Assembly (NCBI GenBank): GCA_965228475.1
Contig: OZ245817.1
Location: forward strand, 4,160,001 to 4,224,000
DNA from: Myxococcota bacterium
GTDB taxonomy: Bacteria > Myxococcota_A > UBA9160 > JAFDDA01
DNA: 64,000 bases
Direction of reading: 5' to 3'
How positions within the stretch are numbered: position 1 is the stretch's first letter; each line of letters starts with the position of its first letter. The notes below the pieces were generated by a model. That model was given only the letters and a program-made list of their open reading frames with translations. It searched no databases and was not told the origin of the DNA. A program made the position numbers and the translations under genes. Shown here piece after piece: positions 1 to 9,421 of this stretch.

Positions 1-129
1 GGCCAGTGGTGGACGGAGACGCGCAAGCCCTCGGTCGAGAAGGTCGCGAGCCACCTCGCCGCCCTCGGCTGGATGGGGCTCCGCCACCTGCCGCGCAAGC
101 CGGATCCGCTCCGAAAGGGCGACGCCTAG
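1..129 (+). CDS. 3' end of a probable TetR-family regulator (5'-truncated by window)
   Basis: Frame 1 reads GQWWTETRKPSVEKVASHLAALGWMGLRHLPRKPDPLRKGDA*, resembling TetR C-terminal helices (GQWW..RKP...VA.HL..L.W.GL). Not in the ORF track. Confidence 0.5.
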   Translation, partial: GQWWTETRKPSVEKVASHLAALGWMGLRHLPRKPDPLRKGDA

Positions 130-161
130 CCGTACGTACGAAGACAAGATATCGTCCGTAC

Positions 162-389
162 ATGGTGAAACGGCTGACCCGCTCTGGAAACAGCTTGGCG
201 CTCGTCATCGACCGGCCCCTCCTGGAAGCGCTCGAGATCGACGGGGACACGGAGCTCGAACTCTCCACGGACGGTGACGTCCTGGTCGTGACTCCGGTCC
301 GCGACCGCCAGAGAAAAGAGCGGCTGGCCGATCTGGTCGCCGAAGCGGACGAGCAGTACGGCGGCGTGTTCCGCCGGCTGGCGGAGTGA
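162..389 (+). CDS. AbrB/MazE-type antitoxin
   Basis: MVKRLTRSGNSLALVID...LELSTDGDVLVVTP is an AbrB swapped-hairpin signature. It overlaps the toxin gene by GTGA. ATG at 162 is preferred over the ORF-track start. Confidence 0.85.
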   Translation: MVKRLTRSGNSLALVIDRPLLEALEIDGDTELELSTDGDVLVVTPVRDRQRKERLADLVAEADEQYGGVFRRLAE

Positions 390-781
390 CGGAACCGCTC
401 TTCCTCACACTCGACGAGGTCCTCGGCATCCATGCCAGCCGAATCCGGCGGTACGGCGGCTCTCCGGGGGTTCGCGATCTGAGCCTTCTCCGCTCGTCGG
501 TCGCCATCCCCCAGGCAACCTTCGGGGGAGAGTTCCTGCACGCCAGCCTGTTCGAGATGGCGGCTGCGTACTTGTTCCACCTCGTCCGAAACCACCCCTT
601 CGTCGACGGCAACAAGCGAACCGCGTTGATGTGCGCGCTCGCCTTCCTCGGAATGAACGGACAACGCCTCACCGCTTCGGAGGATTCTCTCTACGACCTG
701 GTCTACGGCGCCGCGGCGGGGAAGATCGGCAAAGCAGAGATCGCCGTGTTCCTTCGCGAAAGCTGCTCTCCACGCAGTTGA
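386..781 (+). CDS. doc: Doc (death-on-curing) Fic-domain toxin
   Basis: HPFVDGNKRT Doc-type Fic motif, YGG..GVRD N-terminus, 131 aa, directly after the antitoxin. Confidence 0.9.
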   Translation: MTEPLFLTLDEVLGIHASRIRRYGGSPGVRDLSLLRSSVAIPQATFGGEFLHASLFEMAAAYLFHLVRNHPFVDGNKRTALMCALAFLGMNGQRLTASEDSLYDLVYGAAAGKIGKAEIAVFLRESCSPRS

Positions 782-790
782 CGTGCCCCC

Positions 791-1354
791 CTACGGCCTT
801 CGCAGCGTCGTGTGGGACCAGTGCCCGGGCGTGCCGACGCGGGACCCCTCCCAGCCGCGCTTCCGGAGCGCCCCGCAGAGCAGGTAGTTGAAGAAGCCGT
901 GGGCCACGACGCCGATGTGCTCGCTCTCGCCGGACCACTCCCCGAGCTGATCCGCCGCCTCCGCGACGCGGCGGTAGGTGCCCCGGGCCGATTCGACGCT
1001 CCCGGCGTAGCCGCCGAGCCAGGCGAGCCGCCCGAGCACGCGCCAGCCGGCGCTCGGCATGCGGAGGATCGGAAGCGGGACGCCCGGGATCGGCGCCTCC
1101 CGGAAACGGGCGTCCTCGAGGGGTTTCGCGTCGGGGCGGACGCGCTCGAGGGAGTGCTTCGCCCGCCGCAGGTTGCTCGTCACGAAGCGGTCGCAGTCCG
1201 CGAGGGCCGGGGCGAGTTCCTGCGGGGGATGGGAGTCGTCCACGAGGCCGGCCTCGTCGTAGGCCTGCCACCAGGCATCGAAGGCCCGGGCCGGGATCCA
1301 GGAGTCCTCATCGCAGAGGGGACGGCCGTGTCGAACGAGGGTGATGCGCGGCAC
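791..1354 (-). CDS. Histidine phosphatase (phosphoglycerate mutase-like) family protein
   Basis: ITLVRHGRP, SNLRRAKHS and VVAHG motifs. GTG at 1354 chosen as start. Confidence 0.8.
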   Translation of the reverse strand: MPRITLVRHGRPLCDEDSWIPARAFDAWWQAYDEAGLVDDSHPPQELAPALADCDRFVTSNLRRAKHSLERVRPDAKPLEDARFREAPIPGVPLPILRMPSAGWRVLGRLAWLGGYAGSVESARGTYRRVAEAADQLGEWSGESEHIGVVAHGFFNYLLCGALRKRGWEGSRVGTPGHWSHTTLRRP

Positions 1355-1478
1355 GGGCGGCAGGATAGCGGCGCCTCGGGCCCACCCTTCCCTCCCCCGA
1401 GCGACTTTCGGCGCCGACTTGACCCTCGGCGTCCAGAGCGGGATCTTCCTCGGGTCCATCACGCCAGGGGGGTGAGCG

Positions 1479-3212
1479 GTGGCCGATCAGGAGAAATTCG
1501 TCTTCGCCTCCGGGGGAGGCGCGGTGAAGAAGAAAAAGAAGGCGCCGGCGCGCAAGGCGTCCGCGGCCAAGAGCAAGGCTCCCGCGAAGAAGGCGGCGCA
1601 CAAGAAGAAGGCGCCCCAGCGCTCCGCGAAGAAGCCCGCCGAGCCGCGCAAGCGCGCGACGGCCAAGGAGATGAGCGCCCAGGCGCGGGACATCTCCGTC
1701 TCCGAGTTCTTCGCCAAGAACCGGCACCTGCTCGGCTTCGACAACCCGAGCAAGGCGCTCCTCACGACGGTGAAGGAAGGCGTCGACAACTCCCTGGATG
1801 CGTGCGAAGAGGCCGGCATCGTTCCCGACATCCGGGTCGAGGTGACGCAGAAGGACGAGAACCGCTTCCGCATCGCCATCGAGGACAACGGGCCGGGGAT
1901 CGTCGCGGCCCAGGCGCCCAAGATCTTCGGACGGCTCCTCTACGGCTCGAAGTTCCACCGCCTGCGCCAGAGCCGCGGGCAGCAGGGCATCGGCATCAGC
2001 GCCGCGGGCATGTACGGCCTGCTCACCACCGGCAAGCCGATCGAGATCATCACCCGGACCAGCCCGAAGAAGCCGGCGCATCACTTCGTGCTCGTGATCG
2101 ACACGCGCAGCAACGAGCCGCGGGTGAAGAAGGACGAAGAGGTCGAGTGGCACCGCGATCACGGCACGCGCGTCGAGATCGAGCTCGAGGGCAACTACCG
2201 CGGCGGCCAGCACTCGGTCGACAACTACATCCGCCAGATCTCCCTCGCGAACCCGCATGCGCAGATCACCTACCAGCCGCCGAAGGCCGAGGCCTACGGC
2301 GCCGAGCACGTCTTCCCGCGCGTGACGGACGAGCTCCCGCCGGAGACGGAGGAGATCAAGCCCCATCCCTACGGGGTCGAGCTCGGCGTGATGATGCAGA
2401 TGTTCCGCGACACGAAGTCGCGCAACGTCCGCGGCTGCCTGACTGCAGACTTCAGCCGCGTGTCCGGCCGCATCGCCGACGAGATCCTGAAGACGGCCAA
2501 GGTGGCGCCGACGCGCCGTCCGCGCGAGGTCACCCGCGAGGAAGCCGAGAAGATCCACAAGGCGGTGCAGAAGACGAAGATCATGTCGCCGCCGACGGAT
2601 TGCATCGCCCCGATCGGCGCGGAGCTGATCGAGAAGGCACTGAAGGCCGAGGTGAAGGCCGACTTCTACGCCTCGGCCACGCGGCGCCCGACGGTGTACC
2701 GCGGCAACCCGTTCCTGATCGAGGCCGGCATCGCCTACGGGGGCGAGCTCTCGGGGGACGACGCCGCGACGGTCTACCGCTACGCGAACCGGGTCCCGCT
2801 GCAGTACCAGCAGGGCGCGTGCGCCATCACGAAGGCCGTCACCGGTACGGACTGGCGCGGCTACCAGATGCAGCAGCCGCGCGGCGCGCTGCCCGTCGGG
2901 CCGATGCTCGTCATGGTGCACATCGCGAGCGTGTGGGTGCCCTTCACCTCCGAGAGCAAGGAAGCCGTCGCCCACTACCCGGAGATCATCAAGGAGATGC
3001 GCCTCGCGCTCCAGGAGTGCGGGCGTCAGGTGGCGACCCACATCCGCAAGCAGCGCCGCGAAGCCGACGAGGCGAAGAAGCGCGCCTACATCGAGAAGTA
3101 CATCCCGCAGCTCGCCGTCGGCGTGCAGCAGATCCTCGAGCTCTCGGACCCCCAGCGCGACAAGATCGTGACCAACCTCTCCGACGTGCTCGAACGCAGC
3201 CGCAAGCCCTAG
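1479..3212 (+). CDS. top6B: DNA topoisomerase VI subunit B
   Basis: ISVSEFFAKNRHLLGF, KEGVDNSLDACE, EDNGPGI and SRGQQGIGIS (GHKL motifs), RYANRVPL, VPFTSESKEA. Confidence 0.97.
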   Translation: MADQEKFVFASGGGAVKKKKKAPARKASAAKSKAPAKKAAHKKKAPQRSAKKPAEPRKRATAKEMSAQARDISVSEFFAKNRHLLGFDNPSKALLTTVKEGVDNSLDACEEAGIVPDIRVEVTQKDENRFRIAIEDNGPGIVAAQAPKIFGRLLYGSKFHRLRQSRGQQGIGISAAGMYGLLTTGKPIEIITRTSPKKPAHHFVLVIDTRSNEPRVKKDEEVEWHRDHGTRVEIELEGNYRGGQHSVDNYIRQISLANPHAQITYQPPKAEAYGAEHVFPRVTDELPPETEEIKPHPYGVELGVMMQMFRDTKSRNVRGCLTADFSRVSGRIADEILKTAKVAPTRRPREVTREEAEKIHKAVQKTKIMSPPTDCIAPIGAELIEKALKAEVKADFYASATRRPTVYRGNPFLIEAGIAYGGELSGDDAATVYRYANRVPLQYQQGACAITKAVTGTDWRGYQMQQPRGALPVGPMLVMVHIASVWVPFTSESKEAVAHYPEIIKEMRLALQECGRQVATHIRKQRREADEAKKRAYIEKYIPQLAVGVQQILELSDPQRDKIVTNLSDVLERSRKP

Positions 3213-3223
3213 AGGACGATGCC

Positions 3224-4450
3224 ATGGCCGCACGCAAGAAGAAGACGGTGGCGAAGAAGAAGACCGCCGGCGGGCGCAAGAAGGCGCCCGCGAAGCGCAA
3301 GACGAAGAAGAGCGTCGCCGTCGACATCGCCGCCGTCCGCAAGCGCAACCAGCAGCTCGACAAGCTCGCGATCAAGGGCATCGTGAACGCCGCGAAGGAC
3401 GTGCACGAGCACATCCTGAAGCGGCGCAAGCCGGACCTCTCGTTCCCCGTCCGCTCGCTCGGCAACGTCGAGTACTCGAAGAAGCAGGGCTACTTCTCGA
3501 TCGGCAAACAGAAGAAGGTCCGCACGCTCACCGTGAACACGGTGAAGGGCTTCGCCCAGACGCTGCGCATGATGGGGCTCAGCAAGGAGCTGATCGAGAC
3601 CAACGACTTCGCCACCAAGCGAGACGCCTACTACCAGAGCAAGAACTGGGAGGACGCGCGCTTCGACGAGCAGACCGAGTCCGACTCGGTCATGGACGAC
3701 ATCGAGGCGCTGTTCAGCGTGGACGGCGTCTCCCGCGAGCAGCTCCGCTTCGTGCCGGACGAGCACGGCGGCGCCGTTGCCGGGCAGCTCATGGTGATCG
3801 ACCCGGACCGCGACACGGGCGAGATCGAGCGCATCGACTGCACGCGCTTCGGCTCCGGGGCGTACTCCATCCCGAGCAATGTCGAGCACCTCTCCTTCGA
3901 GACCGATGCCGAGTTCGTGCTCGTGATCGAGACGGGCGGTGTCTTCCAGCGCCTCCAGAGCCACAAGTTCTGGCAGACGAGCAACTGCATCCTCGTCTCC
4001 ATGGCCGGTGTGCCGACGCGCTCGACCCGGCGCTTCGTCCGCAAGCTCTCGGACGAGTGCGACCTGCCGGTCTACGCCTTCGTCGATTGCGACCCCTACG
4101 GGATCAGCAACATCTACCGCACGCTGAAGGTCGGCTCGGGCAACGCGGCCCACCTCTCCCAGTTCTTCTGCGTGCCCCAGGCGCGCTACCTCGGCGTGAC
4201 GCCGCAGGACATCGTCGACTACGAGCTGCCCACCCACCCGCTCCACGACGTCGACATCAAGCGGGCCAAGGACGCCTTGAAGAACGACCCCTTCTTCAAG
4301 ACCCACACCGAGTGGCAGAAGGCCATCAACCAGCTCCTCAAGATGGGCGTCCGCGCCGAGCAGCAGGCCCTGGCCAAGTGGGGGCTCAACTACGTGATCG
4401 AGGAATACCTGCCGCAGAAGCTCGATCAGCGGGCGCGCTTCCTGCCCTGA
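3224..4450 (+). CDS. top6A: DNA topoisomerase VI subunit A (Spo11-like)
   Basis: TKRDAYY catalytic Tyr region, LVIETGG, DCDPYG Toprim, AEQQAL. ATG 3224 follows a GAGG RBS; this is the real part of ORF 812..4450. Confidence 0.97.
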   Translation: MAARKKKTVAKKKTAGGRKKAPAKRKTKKSVAVDIAAVRKRNQQLDKLAIKGIVNAAKDVHEHILKRRKPDLSFPVRSLGNVEYSKKQGYFSIGKQKKVRTLTVNTVKGFAQTLRMMGLSKELIETNDFATKRDAYYQSKNWEDARFDEQTESDSVMDDIEALFSVDGVSREQLRFVPDEHGGAVAGQLMVIDPDRDTGEIERIDCTRFGSGAYSIPSNVEHLSFETDAEFVLVIETGGVFQRLQSHKFWQTSNCILVSMAGVPTRSTRRFVRKLSDECDLPVYAFVDCDPYGISNIYRTLKVGSGNAAHLSQFFCVPQARYLGVTPQDIVDYELPTHPLHDVDIKRAKDALKNDPFFKTHTEWQKAINQLLKMGVRAEQQALAKWGLNYVIEEYLPQKLDQRARFLP

Positions 4451-4480
4451 TCGGCCCGCCTTGCTACCGTACGCCGCGCA

Positions 4481-5350
4481 ATGAAGGGCATCATCCTCGC
4501 AGGCGGCTCCGGGACGCGGCTCCACCCCATCACGCGGGCGGCGAGCAAGCAGCTCCTCCCGGTCTACGACAAGCCGATGGTCTACTACCCGGTCTCGACG
4601 CTCATGCTGGCGGGCATCCGCGAGCTGTTGCTGATCAGCACGCCGGCGGACCTGCCGGGGTTCCAGCGGCTCTTCGGCGACGGCTCCCACCTCGGGCTCG
4701 ACATCTCCTACGCCGAGCAGCCGAGCCCGGACGGGATCGCCCAGGCCTTCCTGATCGGCGAGGACTTCATCGCGGGCCAGCCCTGCGCGCTCGCGCTCGG
4801 CGACAACGTCTTCTACGGCCACGGCCTGCCCGAGAAGCTCGAACGCGCGGCGGGCCGCAGCGAGGGCGCCACCGTCTTCGGCTACTGGGTGAACGACCCG
4901 GAGCGCTACGGCGTGGTCGAGTTCGACGCCGAGCAGCGCGCGGTCACGATCGAAGAGAAACCCGCCGTGCCGCGCTCCCACTGGGCGGTCACCGGCCTCT
5001 ACTTCTACGACAGCCAGGTCGTCGACGTGACCAGGAGCATCGAGCCCTCGGCGCGCGGCGAGCTCGAGATCACCGACGTGAACAAGGTCTACCTCGAGCG
5101 TCAGAACCTCCACGTCGAGCGGCTCGGCCGCGGCTTCGCGTGGCTCGACATGGGCACGCACGAATCGCTGATGCAGGCGGGCCAGTTCATCCACTCGATC
5201 CAGGCGCGGCAGGGCCAGCAGGTCGCCTGCCTCGAGGAGATCGCCTTCCGCAAGGGCTACATCGGGCGCGAGGCGCTGCTCGAAGAAGCGAACAAGCTCA
5301 AGCAGAACGCCTACGGCCAGTACCTGCAGCGGGTGGCGCAAGAAGGCTAG
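4481..5350 (+). CDS. rmlA: Glucose-1-phosphate thymidylyltransferase
   Basis: [43 protein letters not shown]. Confidence 0.97.
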   Translation: MKGIILAGGSGTRLHPITRAASKQLLPVYDKPMVYYPVSTLMLAGIRELLLISTPADLPGFQRLFGDGSHLGLDISYAEQPSPDGIAQAFLIGEDFIAGQPCALALGDNVFYGHGLPEKLERAAGRSEGATVFGYWVNDPERYGVVEFDAEQRAVTIEEKPAVPRSHWAVTGLYFYDSQVVDVTRSIEPSARGELEITDVNKVYLERQNLHVERLGRGFAWLDMGTHESLMQAGQFIHSIQARQGQQVACLEEIAFRKGYIGREALLEEANKLKQNAYGQYLQRVAQEG

Positions 5351-5907
5351 TGCCGAAGTTCACCCCCCAGAGCGTCCCGGACGTCGTGCTCGTCGAGCCC
5401 GACGTCCACCGCGACGAGCGCGGCTTCTTCCTCGAGACCTGGCAGATCGAGCGCTACGCCGCCGGCGGCGTGGCGCGCGAGTTCGTGCAGGACAACCACT
5501 CGCGCTCCCAGCGCGGGATCCTGCGCGGCCTGCACGCCCAGCTCCGGAGCCCCCAGGGCAAGCTCGTGCGCTGCACGGAAGGCGAAGTCTACGACGTCGC
5601 CGTCGACATCCGGCACGGCTCGCCGACCTTCGGCCAGTGGGCCGCGGTGACGCTCACCGCCGGGAACTTCCATCAGCTCTGGGTGCCCCCGGGCTTCGCC
5701 CACGGCTTCTGCGTCGTCTCGGAGTCCGCGCAGTTCGAGTACAAGTGCACCACGCTCTACGCGCCGGACGACGAGATCACCCTTGCCTGGGACGACCCGG
5801 CGCTCGCGATCCCGTGGCCGATCTCGGAGCCCACGCTCTCCCAGAAGGACCGGCAGGGGCTCTCGATCGATGCCGTGCGCGAACGCGTGGCCGAGGTGGC
5901 GGGGTGA
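5350..5907 (+). CDS. rmlC: dTDP-4-dehydrorhamnose 3,5-epimerase
   Basis: DERGFFLE, VQDNHSRS, LRGLH, QGKLV, GFAHGF. GTG start overlaps the rmlA stop. Confidence 0.95.
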   Translation: MPKFTPQSVPDVVLVEPDVHRDERGFFLETWQIERYAAGGVAREFVQDNHSRSQRGILRGLHAQLRSPQGKLVRCTEGEVYDVAVDIRHGSPTFGQWAAVTLTAGNFHQLWVPPGFAHGFCVVSESAQFEYKCTTLYAPDDEITLAWDDPALAIPWPISEPTLSQKDRQGLSIDAVRERVAEVAG

Positions 5908-6749
5908 AGATCCTCGTCGTGGGCTCGAACGGCCAGCTCGGGCGCGCTCTCGCAAACGAGCTCCGCGCCCACGAACTCGTCCTGCGGGACCTCCCGGAGC
6001 TCGACGCCGCGGACGAAGCCGCCGTCGCGGCCCTGTTCGAAGCAGAACGCCCCGAGTGGGTGATCAACGCCGCCGCCTACACGGACGTCGACGGCGCCGA
6101 GACCGACGCCGAAGGCGCCGAGCGCGGGAACGTCACGGCGCCGCGGGTGCTGGCCGAGGCGAGCGCGGCGCGGGGCGTTCCGATCGTGCACGTCTCGACC
6201 GACTACGTCTTCGACGGAGAGACCGACCGCCCCTACACCGAGAGCGACGCCCCGAACCCGCAGACCGCCTACGGCCGGACCAAGCTCGCCGGAGAAGATG
6301 CCGTGCGCGCCGCCAACCCGAAGCACTTCGTCGCGCGCACCGCCTGGCTCTACTCGACGGGGGGCCGGAACTTCGCGCTCACCATGCTCGGCGCCGCGAG
6401 CCGCGGGAGCGTCCGCGTCGTCGACGACCAGACCGGGTCGCCGACCTACGCGCCGCACCTCGCCGCGGGCATCGCCCAGCTCCTCGCGCGCGACGACTGG
6501 GGCACCGTCCACCTCGCCAACGCCGGCCAGACCACCTGGTACGGCCTGACCCGCGCGCTCTACGAAGCCTGCGGCGTCGCCTGCGAAGTCGCCCCGTGCA
6601 CGACCGACGAGTTCCCCCGCCCGGCCCCGCGCCCGCGCTACTCTGCCCTCGCATCGAATGCGGAGCCCCCGATCAATCTCCCGAGCTGGGAGGACGGGGT
6701 CCGGGCCTTTGCCGCCGACCGCCTCGCTGCGCGCCGCGATACCCGATAG
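5904..6749 (+). CDS. rmlD: dTDP-4-dehydrorhamnose reductase
   Basis: GSNGQLG, NAAAYTDVDGAE, STDYVFDG, YGRTK, DQTGSPT. GTGA overlap with rmlC. Confidence 0.95.
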   Translation: MKILVVGSNGQLGRALANELRAHELVLRDLPELDAADEAAVAALFEAERPEWVINAAAYTDVDGAETDAEGAERGNVTAPRVLAEASAARGVPIVHVSTDYVFDGETDRPYTESDAPNPQTAYGRTKLAGEDAVRAANPKHFVARTAWLYSTGGRNFALTMLGAASRGSVRVVDDQTGSPTYAPHLAAGIAQLLARDDWGTVHLANAGQTTWYGLTRALYEACGVACEVAPCTTDEFPRPAPRPRYSALASNAEPPINLPSWEDGVRAFAADRLAARRDTR

Positions 6750-6758
6750 GAGCCCCCC

Positions 6759-7526
6759 ATGGACGTCGAAGGAAAAGCCGCTCTCATCACCGGCGGAGGG
6801 ACCGGCGTCGGCCGGGCGACCGCTCTCGAGCTGGCCCGCCGCGGCTGCTCGGTCGTGGTGAACTACAGCCGCTCGAAGGACGAGGCCGAGGAGGTCGCGG
6901 CCGCCATCTCCGCCGAGGGCGTGCGCGGCCTCGCCGTCCAGGCCGACGTCGCGAAGGACGAGGATTGCCGGCGGCTCGTCGAGACGACCGTCGGCGAGCT
7001 CGGCTCCCTGAACGTGCTCGTCCAGAGCGCCGGCGTGACGAGCTTCATCCCCCACCCGAACCTCGAAGACGTGAAGGACGAGGATTGGGACAAGATCTTC
7101 GGCGTGAACGTGAAGGGCAAGTTCCAGACCGCGCGCGCCGCCAAGCCGGCCATGGACGCGGCGGGCGGCGGCTCGATGGTGCTCGTCTCGAGCGTCGCGG
7201 GCATCGCCGGCGTCGGGAGCTCCATCCCCTACTGCGCTTCGAAGGCCGCCATCAACAATCTGACCATCACCCTAGCGCGCGCCCTCGCGCCGAAGATCCG
7301 CGTGAACGCGGTCGCTCCGGGCTTCATCACCGGCCGCTGGCTCGCCGAGGGTCTCGGCGAAGCCGCCTACGAAGCGGTCAAGGGCGCGATGGAAGCGCGC
7401 GCCCCGCTCGGCAAGGTGTGCGACCCGGAGGACGTCGCCGACGCGATCGTCTCGCTCGTCACCGGCTCGGAGCTCGTCACGGGGAACGTGCTCCCCGTCG
7501 AAGGCGGAATGCTGATCGCGGGATGA
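6759..7526 (+). CDS. SDR family oxidoreductase
   Basis: TGGGTGVG, YCASK, RVNAVAPG. AGGAG RBS. Confidence 0.92.
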   Translation: MDVEGKAALITGGGTGVGRATALELARRGCSVVVNYSRSKDEAEEVAAAISAEGVRGLAVQADVAKDEDCRRLVETTVGELGSLNVLVQSAGVTSFIPHPNLEDVKDEDWDKIFGVNVKGKFQTARAAKPAMDAAGGGSMVLVSSVAGIAGVGSSIPYCASKAAINNLTITLARALAPKIRVNAVAPGFITGRWLAEGLGEAAYEAVKGAMEARAPLGKVCDPEDVADAIVSLVTGSELVTGNVLPVEGGMLIAG

Positions 7527-7546
7527 GGCGCGCGGCACGCCCGGGG

Positions 7547-8059
7547 ATGACGCCGGTGCTCCGAGCGCCCCTGCTCACGGCCTTCGCCTTGTGGTTCTCG
7601 GCCTGCGCCACGGCCCGCGGCCCGGCGCCTCTCCCCGCCGACCACACGCTTCTGCCGGGAACGAAGATCTCCGTCGCCCTCCCACCGGACTTCCGGCTCC
7701 AGGCGAACGGCGAAGGGCTCGAGAGCGCCGACGGCCGCTCGGCGATCTTCGGGAACGAGCTCGCCGGCTCCGTCTACGCGACGATGCGCTCCTTCTCCTC
7801 GGACGGTTTCCGCAAGGGCGGGATGGACCTCCACACCCAGGAGCGCCTCACCATCGACGACTGGCCGGCGCGCCTCTACCGCGTGACCCAGCCCGTGGTC
7901 GGCGCCGAACTCATCCGCTTCGTGCTGGTCTTCGGCGACTCCGGAACGAGCGTCGTCCTGAACGCGGTCGCCCCCGGCCCGGACGAAGCGGCCGCCCTGC
8001 GCGAGACCCTGCTCTCGGCGCGCTGGCACCGGGCGGGCGTCCTCGAGGCCGGGCCCTAG
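7547..8059 (+). CDS. Hypothetical lipoprotein
   Basis: Signal MTPVLRAPLLTAFALWFSA-C. Alternative ATG at 7523. Confidence 0.65.
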   Translation: MTPVLRAPLLTAFALWFSACATARGPAPLPADHTLLPGTKISVALPPDFRLQANGEGLESADGRSAIFGNELAGSVYATMRSFSSDGFRKGGMDLHTQERLTIDDWPARLYRVTQPVVGAELIRFVLVFGDSGTSVVLNAVAPGPDEAAALRETLLSARWHRAGVLEAGP

Positions 8060-8217
8060 AAGTCCTCTTCGAGCTCGGCTTCTTCGTCCTGGGTGGGGAG
8101 CCGGGTCACCGTGAAGGGTGCCGTGCAGTACTGGCACACGACGGTGTCGCCGCGCTTCTCGTCGCCGGCGAAGAGCAGGTCCGCGTCGCAGAGCGGACAG
8201 GCGGAATCCTTGGCCAT
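8056..8217 (-). CDS. Small Cys4 zinc-ribbon protein, LysW/rubredoxin-like (53 aa; not in ORF track)
   Basis: MAKDSACPLCDADLLFAGDEKRGDTVVCQYCTAPFTVTRLPTQDEEAELEEDF*. Strong RBS AAGGGAGGGGG upstream; CxxC-17-CxxC followed by an acidic tail. Confidence 0.8.
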   Translation of the reverse strand: MAKDSACPLCDADLLFAGDEKRGDTVVCQYCTAPFTVTRLPTQDEEAELEEDF

Positions 8218-8326
8218 GGGTCACCCCCTCCCTTCGATTTCGGCCGCTTTGCGCCCGGCCTTGAGTGCGAGAACTCACACGGGCGCTCCGGCTCGCGATA
8301 GGATGGGCCCATCCTCAGGAGAACCC

Positions 8327-9421
8327 ATGGCCGAGCCCCAGCCCACCCCCTCCCTCCCCGAAGCGCATCCGAACGGCAGCCAGGTCCAGGCCGCCTTCGA
8401 CGCCGTCTACAACTGGAACTACGAGCCCGAGATCGACGAGCTGCGCACGCTCTACGCGAATGCCCTCGACCGCCAGTGGATCGCCATGCGCGACCTCGAC
8501 TGGAACCGCGAGATCGACAAGAGCGCCTTCGCCGAGACGCGCGTCGGGATGATCCCGGTCCAGGAGACCGACTACTGGCAGACCCTCGACGACGACACGC
8601 GCTGGGAGATCTCGCGGCGGAGCGCGGCGTTCCTGCTCTCGAACTTCCTCCACGGCGAGCAGGGCGCGCTGATGGTCGCGGCCCAGCTCGTGAACGCCGT
8701 CCCCCACATGGACGGCAAGTTCTACGCTTCGACCCAGACGCTCGACGAAGCGCGCCATGTCGAGGTCTTCGCGGCGTACATCAACAAGCTCGACGAGGTG
8801 CAGGAGATCGCGCCGTCCCTGAAGGAGCTCCTCGACGACGTCCTCGCCACGGACGACTGGATGAAGAAGGCCGTCGGGATGCAGGTCGTGACCGAGGGCC
8901 TCGCGCTCTACTCCTTCCGCGACATGCGCAACCAGACGCGCGAGCCCCTGCTGAAGGATCTGCTGACGAACGTCACCCGCGACGAGGCGCGCCACACGGG
9001 CTACGGCATCAAGTACCTGAACGCGATCGTCCCGACCCTCGACGAAGCCACGAAGGCCGAGATCGAGGACTACGCCTTCGAGGCCGCCCGCAAGCTCGTC
9101 GATTCGCGCGGCGGGACGTCCATGCGCGAGTCCGTCTTCCAGATCTGGCGCGAGGCCGGGGTCGACCCGATGGAAGCCTTCGCCGAGATCATGAAGGAGC
9201 GCGAGAAGATCGCGGCGGCGATCCAGGCCCAGGGCGGCCGGCGCGGCCCGATCCGCGGCTTCGTCATCCCGACCCTGCGCGGCATCGGCCTGTTCAGCGA
9301 GCGCATCCAGTCGCACTTCGACGACATGTTCCAGAACAACCTGGGCGCGCTCGCCGGCACGATCGCCGACGACCCGGCGGATCTCCCCGAAGACCTCGAG
9401 GCCTGGGCGCTCGGCGAGTAG
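8327..9421 (+). CDS. Ferritin-like di-iron oxygenase/desaturase family protein
   Basis: HGEQGAL...DEARH...TEGLAL...DEARH, i.e. two E..ExxH pairs. AGGAG RBS before ATG 8327. Confidence 0.85.
   Translation: MAEPQPTPSLPEAHPNGSQVQAAFDAVYNWNYEPEIDELRTLYANALDRQWIAMRDLDWNREIDKSAFAETRVGMIPVQETDYWQTLDDDTRWEISRRSAAFLLSNFLHGEQGALMVAAQLVNAVPHMDGKFYASTQTLDEARHVEVFAAYINKLDEVQEIAPSLKELLDDVLATDDWMKKAVGMQVVTEGLALYSFRDMRNQTREPLLKDLLTNVTRDEARHTGYGIKYLNAIVPTLDEATKAEIEDYAFEAARKLVDSRGGTSMRESVFQIWREAGVDPMEAFAEIMKEREKIAAAIQAQGGRRGPIRGFVIPTLRGIGLFSERIQSHFDDMFQNNLGALAGTIADDPADLPEDLEAWALGE

Noticed and set aside
812..3223. Apparent 800-aa N-terminal extension of Top6A (ORF 812..4450)
   Set aside because: Off-frame overlap with top6B and low-complexity translation. 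The true start is ATG 3224 with an RBS.
9392..9421. Di-iron enzyme C-terminus (..EAWALGE) resembling the LysW EDWGE tail
   Set aside because: Spacing differs from EDWGE and no ATP-grasp ligase is nearby; probably coincidence.
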